From Prasinococcaceae sp. CCMP 1430 (Eukaryota > Plantae > Prasinodermophyta): 36,340 bases of DNA. The stretch is from assembly GCA_013416795.1 (NCBI GenBank), contig RQSC01001371.1, positions 4,406 to 40,745 on the forward strand, given 5' to 3'. A model generated the notes under the pieces. The model ran no database searches, was not told the DNA's origin, and saw nothing but the letters and a program-made list of their open reading frames with translations. The position numbers were made by a program, and so were the translations under genes. Of the stretch, positions 9,822 to 19,750 are shown piece by piece; the first letter of the stretch is position 1; every line of letters begins with the position of its first letter.

Positions 9822-12800
9822 ATGGGTGGCCGCGACCCCTCGCCCCCCCCGGCGAGCCGGCCCACCTCCCTCAAGAGGCAGCTCACCAACGTCACGCACG
9901 TGCCCATCGACGAGTTCCCCCCGTCGGTGCGCGAGCTCTTCTCCAAGTTCGACAAGGTGGGGACCGCGGCGCGCGGCGTGCTGTGCTTTAGGTGCCGCGC
10001 CCGCGCCCGCGCCTGCGCTGACGCGCGCTGGCGCCTCGCCCCGTCGGGCTCTCCGGCGTGGCGGCGCCTCGGCAGGATGGCGACGGCACCGTCGACGCCG
10101 CCGAGCTGCAGGAGGCGGCGAAGATGTTCGAGGCCGCCCAGGCCGCCCCTGACGGCTCGATCCCGATCCAGCAGCTCCCGACCGAGCTGCGGCCCGCGAT
10201 GAAGACGTTCGACTTGGACGGCGACGGCACGATCGACCCGATGGAGCTCGCGCGCGGCGCGGAGCTCTACGCCCAGTCCAAGGCCAAGGTGAAGAGGCTC
10301 ACGCAGCTCGCGCTGGCGCTGCTGGTGGTCATGGGCGTCATGCTCGGCGCCTTCGCCGGCCTTACGTTCGCCGTCGTCGAGCTCTCCAAGGAGACTACGA
10401 CCTCGAGCGACGGCATCCAGACGGTCAAGGGGTCGGACGAGACTGTCAAGGTCGCGTCGGCCGAGACTATGACCTCGAGCGACGGCGTCCAGACGGTCAG
10501 GGGGTCGAACGAGACTGTCAAGGTCGCGTCGGCCGACACGATGTCCGTGGGAGGCGTGACGGTGTGGCGCGCCAGCGGCAAGCCGGCGACCATCTCGCCG
10601 GTCCTGACGCCCACGGCGCTCACGTCGCTGCTGCCGACCGCGGGCAAGGTGCTCTACGCGATGAAGTTCCACAGGTCGGGCGACCCGCGGCTCGAGGTGC
10701 TGTTCGTGCACGGCACGGCGCGCATGCCGCGCGAGGGGTCCATCCACGGAACCGTCATCGAGATCGTCACGCAAGTTGGCCACATCATCCTCGACGACGA
10801 GCTGCTGTACATCGAGCATGAGGATGCCAGCCACATGTTCATGCGCGCCGGCTTCCCCGTCTCGAACTCGACCAGCACCAGCGGCGGGCGCGCGCTGCTG
10901 GGCATCTTCGAGCTCATGGGCTTCTTCAATGCCATCGATGGCCTCACGCCGGAGGGCGCCAGCGAGGACATGGTGCTCCCGAAGCTCAACAAAGACTTGC
11001 TGTACGCCGAGATCAAGGTGTACGTGCCCTGCGATGCCGCCGAGTACCCCACGCTCATGGCAGAGACGTCCGACTACGCCGGCGCCGACCTGTGCGAGAG
11101 CGGTGGCGAGGATTTCCCGGGCATGGAGCTGTACGACGCCAACCTCGACGGCGTGATGACGCGCCACATCGCCTACACCGAGAAGTCCTGGACCAAGGAC
11201 GGCCGCACGCTCGCCATCAAGTACTACGAAAACGCGCCCTCGCTCGAAGTCAAGGAGCTTCGCGATACCGACGCCAATCTGGCGTACACGTGGGTGGAGC
11301 GCTTCGGCCAGATCTACGCGTGCTCGCAGCTCCTAGAGCCGAACGGGGTCCTCGGGCTCAGCTACCTTAGGCAGCTGGGGCTCGTGGCCGCCAGCGTCAC
11401 CGCGCTCAGCAACACCAGCGACCTAGTCGGGGACCCGCAGGTCTACGCCGACCTGGGCATGGACGTGAGCGACCTCGAGCTCCCCGATTATTCGGACGAG
11501 AACACCACCGTGACCCAGGAAGAGGTGAAAGACGAGGTCGTGGACGAGACGGTCGCCACCGTTCCGTGGTCCAAGTGCAAGCTCCCGCGGCGCAGGCAGG
11601 CACCGCACAGCCGCGCGGGCTTCAAGGTGAACACCACCCTCAAGGGCAAGTGGGAGGCGTGGGACATGTACGAGTACACCGACGAGGACGGCTTCTCGCG
11701 CCCGGTGCGCTTTGCCTACGTGGACAAGGCCGCTAACGGCGTGCAATACAACGAGATCCTCGAGTGGACCTACGGCGGCTTCGATGCCGACGCACTGCTC
11801 GTGGTGCCCTCGGTCTTCGACGGGCTCGTGGACGGCGACACGCCCGACAAGTTCCAGTGCCCCAACAACACCTCCCCCAAGCTGCCGGCGCTCGACGGGC
11901 CGTTCGGCGCGATGTGGGACGTCATGGACAACGTGACGCTCGTGCTGCAGCAGACGGCCGAGGAGAACGCCCAGGACTACGCGGACGGCCTCCAGTCGGG
12001 CAACACCACGATCGGCAACGCCTTCGAGGACGCGCTGACGGAGGGGCGCCGCGAGCTCATGGAGCGCGTCGACGCGGGCATTTACTCGCTGGACGAGATC
12101 GAGGAGATGGACTTCGAGCACAGGCTCGCGGGCCATCTCGAGAGCATCTCCCGCCGGAAGCTCGCGCGCGAGAGGCTCCTGCGGCTGGGCTTGGTGGGCC
12201 TGCAACAGTCGCTCAGGCGGTACTTCGCCGAGCGCGAGTCCGAGCGCAAGCTCCAGGCCGCCGCGGGCGGCCGCGAGCTCGAGCAGACCATCTATGACAA
12301 CAACATCCCGTTCGACGTCTACATGTGGCCGCCCTGCGGCCCCGAGTTTACGCCCTGGATAGACCCCTCCGTCTGTGTCGATTCGTACGAGGCCGCAAGC
12401 AAGAGGGCGCTGCAGATTCAGTTCACGATGAAGTTCTTCCTGCAGATCCCATGGTGGTGGAGCGGCGGCATCGACATCAAACGGCCCGACACCTGGCCCA
12501 TCGTCTTCGACGGCTTCGCCGTCGGCGGCGAGGTGCCCCTCGACCCTTGGAGAAGTGGTATTGTGACGGCGTACGGTGAGGCCGGCTGGGAGAACGCCCG
12601 CGACCTCTTCGATGACAAATGGTGGACGAACGGCTGGGGCACCATCTACGGTGAGATGGGCGTCAAGGCGGGCATCAAGGACCTCATCCCGAACGCGGTC
12701 CAGGTCATCCTGCCGTCGAGCTTCATCGACCTGTTCGAGCAGAACCTCGTTTCGCTGAGGGTCCAGTTCGACTCGACGACGCCGTACATCGACCTCATCG

Positions 12801-13228
12801 GCAAGATGTGCCTCTTCATTGCTGGCTTCTTTTCGTGCTTGCCCCTGATCGGCTTCCAGGTCTTCCTGGAGCTCAAGATGGACGTCGTTGGCATGGTCCG
12901 CACGGGCGCGCTCAAGGCGACGCTGAGCGACTTCGGCCTCGAGTACTACCACCCCGGCTTGTGCCAGGGCTGGTTTCCAGTATGGTGGTGGGCCGTCAGG
13001 TGGTGCCACAGCTGCTGGAGGGTCTGTTGCTGCTGGGGTCGCTGCTGGGGCGGCTGCTTCCCGTACCCTTGCGGTGGCTATTGGTACATCGCCTTCTGGG
13101 CCCCGTACTGGTACCCCTGCAAGAAGAGCGGCACGCTCTCCGCGAAGTCGTTCCTCGGCCTGCCGAACTGGTGGCTCACGCTGCTCAACGCGGGCAGCCT
13201 CTTCAGCGGCAAGAAGATGCTCGCCTAG
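9822..13228 (+). CDS. EF-hand, single-TM, large-ectodomain protein, copy A; exons 9822-9956, 10076-13228
   Basis: EF loops DK|DGDGTVDAAE (split by the intron) and DLDGDGTIDPME, a hydrophobic TM 'LALALLVVMGVMLGAFAGLTFAVV', a long open frame with strong GC3 bias, and a Cys/Trp-rich C-terminus. Confidence 0.85.
10400..10543 (+). repeat. 72-nt (24 aa) in-frame tandem duplication unique to copy A
   Basis: TSSDGIQTVKGSDETVKVASAETM followed by TSSDGVQTVRGSNETVKVASADTM. Copies B and C have one unit. Confidence 0.9.
10644..10698. other. Complemented (non-reversed) tract 1, 55 nt
   Basis: gcaaggtgct...gaggt is the position-by-position complement of 15660-15714 (cgttccacga...ctcca) and of 9720-9774. 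Confidence 0.95.
11328..11383. other. Complemented (non-reversed) tract 2, 56 nt
   Basis: agctcctaga...gggctc is the position-by-position complement of 16344-16399 (tcgaggatct...cccgag). Confidence 0.95.
11564..11618. other. Complemented (non-reversed) tract 3, 55 nt
   Basis: ccgtggtcca...cgcgcgg is the position-by-position complement of 16580-16634 (ggcaccaggt...gcgcgcc). Confidence 0.95.
12157..12211. other. Complemented (non-reversed) tract 4, 55 nt
   Basis: gaagctcgcg...agtcg is the position-by-position complement of 17173-17227 (cttcgagcgc...tcagc). Confidence 0.95.
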
Positions 13229-13662
13229 ATTGCCTTCACACCTCGGCTCGCTCTCCGCGCAGGGTGCGCGCGCCGCCAGTCGCCCGGCACAGAGGGAGGG
13301 CACGGGGCGGAGACGGGGCGAGCGGTGTTTCGAGAGGACAAGAGCGGGGGCGAATGGTCTCTTCGCGCGGTGGCTTCGAATGCCGCATCTACGTGGCGGC
13401 TTCCGCCGGGGTCGGATACGTCCCTGCACCCCTCTGCGAGAAAAATGCTCCCAGCACCCTTTGGGTTTGACTGTTTAGGGTCAAATTGTCTTCGCCCTTC
13501 TTTAGACGACGATCCTTTTTTCTGTGCCGGAACTCGTTTTTGCATGAGATTACAGTAGACATGGTAGACCCTCTGTATACGTACAGTATACTGTAGTTTT
13601 GAGTTGGTCTGCCCTGCAAAAACAGAAATAAATCACGTCGCCCGTTTTACGTACGTTTTACA

Positions 13663-14252
13663 TCAAAATGCACCTGCGCGGGAGGGGTGCTGGAGCGTTC
13701 GTTCCGAGACCGGAGCGGGCGAATCGACGGAAACGATTTCAAAATGCACGAACCGCGGTTGTGACGCCCTCGACCGGCAAAGGGGCCCGATCCGACGCCG
13801 TCGCTCCCCGGGCGGGTTCGAATTCGGCGCGCGCGAGGTGCCGCTGCTGCTGCCGCTGCTGCCGCGCGGCGCGCGGCGCCGGGGGCGGGGGCAGGAGCGC
13901 GGGAAGGCAAGGGGGGTGAGGTCGTCGAACAGGCCATCCGCATCTTCGGCGGACTGGGCGGACGTCGAGGACTCGCTGCCCTCGAACGCGCCCGGCACGT
14001 CCGTCTGGCCGTGGTCGTCACGACCCCAGCAGTAGATCGCGCCGTCCTCCCGGGCGACGCCGCACGTGTGAGCCGCTCCGGCGCTCACGGACGCCCACGC
14101 GCCCGCGCCGCTCGGCACGTCCGCCTGGCCGTCGGCGTCGCGCCCCCAGCAGCGCATCGCGCCGTCGTCCCGGGCGACGCCGCACGTGTGCCAGTCCCCT
14201 GCGCTCACCGAGGACCACGCGCCCACGCCGCTCGGCGCGTCCGCCTGGCCGT
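13663..14252 (-). CDS. RCC1/BLIP-II-like repeat protein, 3' fragment cut by the NN junction
   Basis: Two tandem repeats of 'VSAGxxHTCGVARxDGAxxCWGRDxxGQxDVP', then a low-complexity tail ending at TGA 13663. Confidence 0.8.
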
Positions 14253-14254
14253 NN

Positions 14255-15718
14255 TTTTTTTTTTTTTTCGCCGCGGGGGCCACCAAAAACGGGTCCCCGT
14301 TTGAACGCGCGCCGTTTCGTCGCACGTTTCGTCCGCTGGCGCGCCGGCCCGGAAAAACGCTCCCCCCGACCGAACCGGTCCTCGATTGATTGAATCCTGC
14401 ATGGTCCGGCCTGCGCCGGCGGGGGCCGGATCGTTTTTTTTTTTTTCCGTGCCGCGCGGGCCGAAACGCGTCCTTGATTTTGAATGCGCGCACGGCACGC
14501 GCGGGAGGGGTCCGTTTTCCTTCGGCGCCCGCGGGCGCCAGTCGGGTACGACGGAACTGAAATGGAACCGGTTCGTGAAATCCCGCATGAGCGAAGAAGG
14601 CCACGCCGGCGCGCGACGGAAAAATCGTGCGCGCGCGCAATCCAGCCGCCCGAGGGGGCGGCGCGCGGATCTCAACCGCCGCTCGCGATAGTTGCGACTC
14701 GCGGGCGCGGGTAACCGCCGCGCGCGCGGCGCCAGCAAGATGCGTTTTGACCTCGGGCGGTTCCCCGGGCGACGGCGGCGAGGGGCGCGCGGCGACAATA
14801 TCCCACTACGACCTCGTAGTGTCGGGAGGCAGAGGGGCGCGCGCGAGCCTGGTCAGCGGGGCGCGCCATACAGGCGCAGCCGCGCGCGGCCCGGTCGGCG
14901 CGCCTCGCGGGCGGCGCCGGTCGAGCAGCCATGGGTGAGCCCTACCTCAAGAGGCAGCTCACCAACGTCGCGAACGTGCCCATCGCCGACTTCCCGCCGT
15001 CGGTGCGCGGGCTCCTCTCCAAGTTCGACAAGGTGCGGACCGCGGCGCGCGGCATGCTGTGCATTAGGGTTACCGCGCCGCGCCGCGCCCGCGCCCGCGC
15101 CCGCGCTGACGCGCGCTGACGCCTCGCCCCGTCGGGCTCTCCGTCGTGGCGGCGCCTCGGCAGGATGGTGACGGCACCGTCGACGCCGCCGAGCTGCAGG
15201 AGGCGGCGAAGATGTTCGAGGCCGCGCAGTGCGCCCCGGACGGCTCGATCCCGATCCAGCAGCTCCCGACCGAGCTGCGGCCCGCGTTGAAGACTTTCGA
15301 CATGGATGGCGACGGCACGATCGACCCGATGGAGCTCGCGCGCGGCGCGGAGCTCTACGCCCAGTCCAAGGATACGGTGAAGAAGCTCACGCGGCTTGCG
15401 CTGGCGCTGCTGCTGCTCATGGGCATCATGCTCGCCGCCATCACCGGCCTTACGTTCACCGTCGTCGAGCTCTCCAAGGAGACTACGACCTCGAGCGACG
15501 GCGTCCAGACGGTCAAGGGGTCGGCTGAGAGTGTCAAGACCGCGTCGGCCGACACGCTGTCCGTGGGAGGTGTGACGGTTGACCGCACCACCGGCAAGCC
15601 GGCGTCCGTGGCGCCCGTCCTGACGCCCACGCCGCTCACGTCGCTGCTGCCGACCGCGTCGTTCCACGAGATGCGCTACTTCAAGGTGTCCAGCCCGCTG
15701 GGCGCCGAGCTCCAGCTG
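14255..15718. repeat. 1.46 kb near-identical duplication, copy 2
   Basis: Matches 8315-9778. It begins at a poly-T immediately after NN. Confidence 0.95.
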
Positions 15719-18247
15719 TTCGTGCACGGCACGGCGCGCATGCCGCGCGAGGGGTCCATCCACGGAACTGTCATCGAGATCGTCACGCAAGTTGGCCACA
15801 TCATCCTCGACGACGAGCTGCTGTACATCGAGCACGAAGATGCCAGCCACATGTTCATGCGCGCCGGCTTCCCCGTCTCCAACTCGACCAGCACCAGCGG
15901 CGGGCGCGCGCTGCTGGGCATCTTCGAGCTCATGGGCTTCTTCAATGCCATCGATGGCCTCACGCCGGAGGGCGCCAGCGAGGACATGGTGCTCCCGAAG
16001 CTCAACAAAGACTTGCTGTACGCCGAGATCAAGGTGTACGTGCCCTGCGATGCCGCCGAGTACCCCACGCTCATGGCAGAGACGTCCGACTACGCCGGCG
16101 CCGACCTGTGCGAGAGCGGTGGCGAGGATTTCCCGGGCATGGAGCTGTACGACGCCAACCTCGACGGCGTGATGACGCGCCACATCGCCTACACCGAGAA
16201 GTCCTGGACCAAGGACGGCCGCACGCTCGCCATCAAGTACTACGAAAACGCGCCCTCGCTCGAAGTCAAGGAGCTTCGCGACATCGACGCCAATATTCAG
16301 TACAAGTGGGTGGAGCGCTTCGGCCAGATCTACGCGTGCTCGCTCGAGGATCTCGGCTTGCCCCAGGAGCCCGAGTCGATGGAATCCGTCGACCCCGAGT
16401 TGGCCTCGAGCTACGATTCGCTCAGCAACACCGACGAGTTAAACGCGGACACGCAGGTCTACGCCGACCTGGGCCTCGATGTGAGCGACGTCGAGTTCCC
16501 CGATTATTCGGACGAGAACACCACCGTCACCCAGGACGAGCTGACAGAGGAGGAGGTCGACCAGACGGTCGCCACCGTCGGCACCAGGTTCACGTTCGAG
16601 GGCGCCGCGTCCGTCCGTGGCGTGTCGGCGCGCCGCTTCAAGGTGAACACCACCCTCAAGGGCAAGTGGGAGGCGTGGGACATGTACGAGTACACCGACG
16701 AGGACGGCTTCTCGCGCCCGGTGCGCTTTGCCTACGTGGACAAGGCCGCTAACGGCGTGCAATACAACGAGATCCTCGAGTGGACCTACGGCGGCTTCGA
16801 TGCCGACGCACTGCTCGTGGTGCCCTCGGTCTTCGACGGGCTCGTGGACGGCGACACGCCCGACAAGTTCCAGTGCCCCAACAACACCTCCCCCAAGCTG
16901 CCGGCGCTCGACGGGCCGTTCGGCGCGATGTGGGACGTCATGGACAACGTGACGCTCGTGCTGCAGCAGACGGCCGAGGAGAACGCCCAGGACTACGCGG
17001 ACGGCCTCCAGTCGGGCAACACCACGATCGGCAACGCCTTCGAGGACGCGCTGACGGAGGGGCGCCGCGAGCTCATGGAGCGCGTCGACGCGGGCATTTA
17101 CTCGCTGGACGAGATCGAGGAGATGGACTTCGAGCACAGGCTCGCGGGCCATCTCGAGAGCATCTCCCGCCGCTTCGAGCGCGCGCTCTCCGAGGACGCC
17201 GACCCGAACCACCCGGACGTTGTCAGCATCAGGCGGTACCTCGCCGAGCGCGCGTCCGAGCGCAAGCTCGAGGCCGCCGCGGGCGGCCGCGAGCTCGAGC
17301 AGACCATCTATGACAACAACGTCCCGTTCCAAGTCTACATGTGGCCGCCCTGCGGGACCGAGTTTACGCCCTTGATAGACCCCGCCGAGTGTGTTGAACG
17401 GTACGAGGCCGCAAGCAAGAGGGCGCTGCAGATTCAGTTCACGCTGAAGTTCTTCCTGCAGTTGCCGTGGTGGTGGGGGGGGCGCGGCATCGAACTCACC
17501 CGGCCCGACACCTGGCCCATCGTCTTCGACGGCTTCGCCATCGGCGGCGAGGTGCCCCTCGACCCTTGGAGACTTGGTCTGGTGACGGCGTACGGTGAGG
17601 CCGGCTGGGAGAATGCCCGCGACCTCTTCGATGACAAATGGTGGACGAACGGCTGGGGCACCATCTACGGTGAGATGGGCGTCAAGGCGGGCATCAAGGA
17701 CCTCATCCCGAACGCGGTCCAGGTCATCCTGCCGTCGAGCTTCATCGACCTGTTCGAGCAGAACCTCGTTTCGCTGAGGGTCCAGTTCGACTCGACGACG
17801 CCGTACATCGACCTCATCGGCAAGATGTGCCTCTTCATTGCTGGCTTCTATTCGTGCTTGCCCCTGATCGGCTTCCAGGTCTTCCTTGAGCTCAAGATGG
17901 ACGTCGTTGGCATGGTCCGCACCGGCAATCTCAGGGCGTTGCTGAGCGACTTCGGCATCGAGTACTACCACCCCGGCATGTGCCAGGGCTGGTTCCCAGT
18001 GTGGTGGTTCCGCGTCAGGTGGTGCCGCGCCTGCTGGAGGATCTGCTGCTGCTGGGGTCGCTGCTGGGGCGCCTGCATCCCGTACCCTTGCGGTGGCTAT
18101 TGGTACATCGCCTTCTGGGCCCCGTACTGGTACCCCTGCAAGAAGAGCGGCACGCTCTCCGCGAAGTCGTTCCTCGGCCTGCCGAACTGGTGGCTCACGC
18201 TGCTCAACGCGGGCAGCCTCTTCAGCGGCAAGAAGATGCTCGCCTAG
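14931..18247 (+). CDS. EF-hand, single-TM, large-ectodomain protein, copy B; exons 14931-15032, 15164-18247
   Basis: EF loops DK|DGDGTVDAAE and DMDGDGTIDPME, TM 'LALALLLLMGIMLAAITGLTFTVV', several N-x-S/T sequons after the TM, and a Cys/Trp-rich C-terminus. Paralog of copy A. Confidence 0.88.
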
Positions 18248-18532
18248 AGTCCCTTCACACCTCGGCTCGCTCTGCGCGCAGGGTGCACGCGCCGCCAGTC
18301 GCCCGGCACAGCGGGAGGGCACGGGGCGGAGACGGGGCGAGAGGTGTTTCGAGAGAATACTGCCCTGTTCATGTTCATGCAACCATCCGGACCATGTAGT
18401 ATCGCATGTGCAGGGAAAGACGTCCAAGCGCGTCCTCGCTGCTGCGCGCATCCGCGCCGCCTGCACCGAGCCCCTAGCTAGCTAAAGCCCACTAGCTAGC
18501 GAAAGCCCAGGAAGCTCCGCCCCAGCTTCCTC

Positions 18533-19750
18533 TCACAGCTCCTCGCCCCTCTCCTTCTTCTGCTTCGTCTTCGTCTTCCTCCTCTTCCGCCTGACCGTCT
18601 TGGCGCCTGCTGCATTCCCGTTCCCGAAGCGCATGACGCCCTCCGGGGGCACACCGTACTGCATGCCGGGCACCTCGTCCGGCGATGCGCCGTTTTCCAG
18701 CAGCACGCGCGCGACGTCGGGGTTTTGGTTGGAAACGGCCGTGTACAGCGGCGTCGCCATGCCCAGTGTGTCGAACACGACGGTGCCGCGCTTGGGATCG
18801 GCGCCCGCCTCGAGCAGCGCGAGCGCGACCTCGGCGTCGCCCGCGAGCGCTGCCGTCTCGAGCGGCGTCACACGGTACAGCCAGCCTCCGCCGGTGTACG
18901 CCGTGGCCCAGGGCGCGAGGACCTCGTCGGTGGCGGCCGCGGTCGCGCCCATGCGGTCAGCCGGCACGCCGATGCCAGCCGTTGGCGCGGCCTTGGCCTC
19001 GAGGAGTGCGGTGACAGCCTCGATTCTCCGCGCGGCGACGGCGCGTGAGAGCGGGCTTGTCGAGTACAGCAGACCCCACCCGTGCGCGCTGCCGGCGCCG
19101 GGGCGCGCGCCCGCCGCAAGCAGCGCGCGCACCGCACGCAGGCTGTGGCGCTCGGCGGGCAGAGCGGAGCCAGGGCCATCGCCGTCACGACTGAGGTCAC
19201 CCACGGCCTCGAAGAGCGGTGCCGCGGTCATCGCACCGTACAGTATCGACCTGCCGCGCTCTGGCGCCGCGCCTGCCGCGAGCAGCGCCTCGACGGCACC
19301 GGCGTGGCCCTCGGAGCGCCCCTCGGCCGCGGCGAGCAGGGGCGTCTCGGCGATGAGCACGCCGCCCGCGCCGCACGAGTACCCGCGGTCGGGCGGTGCG
19401 CCAGCGTCGAGCAGCGCGCGCACGGCCTCGTCGTCACCCACCCGCGCTGCCGTGTACAGCGGCGTGGCATCGCACCACGCGACGCCACTGCGCCCCGCGA
19501 TCACCTCGGCAGGCGTCGCGGCGAGCTCTGCGAGCGGCAGCGCGAGCGCCGCCGCCGTATCACCCGCGACGAGCGCCGCGCCGAGCGGCGTGCGCGCGGG
19601 CACCGCGCCTTCCATCTCGGTCAGGACCGCCCACGACAGGGCTTGCGCGAGCAGCGTGACCGTGAAGCTCACTTGGGTCACCAGCGACACCAGCGACGCC
19701 ACCCGCTGCAAGCGCGACCACAGCCACCATGCCGCCCCCGTGCACCCCAC
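18533..19750 (-). CDS. Ankyrin-repeat protein with a basic tail ending ...RGEEL; start codon uncertain
   Basis: Repeated 'TPLYTAA..GD.EAVRALLDAGA', 'TPLETAALAGDAEVALALLEAGAD' and 'TPLYTAVSNQNPDVARVLLENGAS'. Confidence 0.85.
   Translation of the reverse strand: MGCTGAAWWLWSRLQRVASLVSLVTQVSFTVTLLAQALSWAVLTEMEGAVPARTPLGAALVAGDTAAALALPLAELAATPAEVIAGRSGVAWCDATPLYTAARVGDDEAVRALLDAGAPPDRGYSCGAGGVLIAETPLLAAAEGRSEGHAGAVEALLAAGAAPERGRSILYGAMTAAPLFEAVGDLSRDGDGPGSALPAERHSLRAVRALLAAGARPGAGSAHGWGLLYSTSPLSRAVAARRIEAVTALLEAKAAPTAGIGVPADRMGATAAATDEVLAPWATAYTGGGWLYRVTPLETAALAGDAEVALALLEAGADPKRGTVVFDTLGMATPLYTAVSNQNPDVARVLLENGASPDEVPGMQYGVPPEGVMRFGNGNAAGAKTVRRKRRKTKTKQKKERGEEL

Noticed and set aside
10644-12211. 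Micro-inversions as the explanation for the four divergent tracts
   Set aside because: An inversion gives the reverse complement. These tracts match only as the same-direction complement.
12150-12215. 'SRRKLARERLL' in copy A as an extra cleavage motif, and the other A-specific peptides as hypervariable regions
   Set aside because: They are translations of the complemented tracts and are probably not real protein sequence.
14010-14252. Tandem ~100-nt repeats as a CRISPR-like array
   Set aside because: They are in-frame RCC1-like protein repeats with no unique spacers, in a eukaryotic context.
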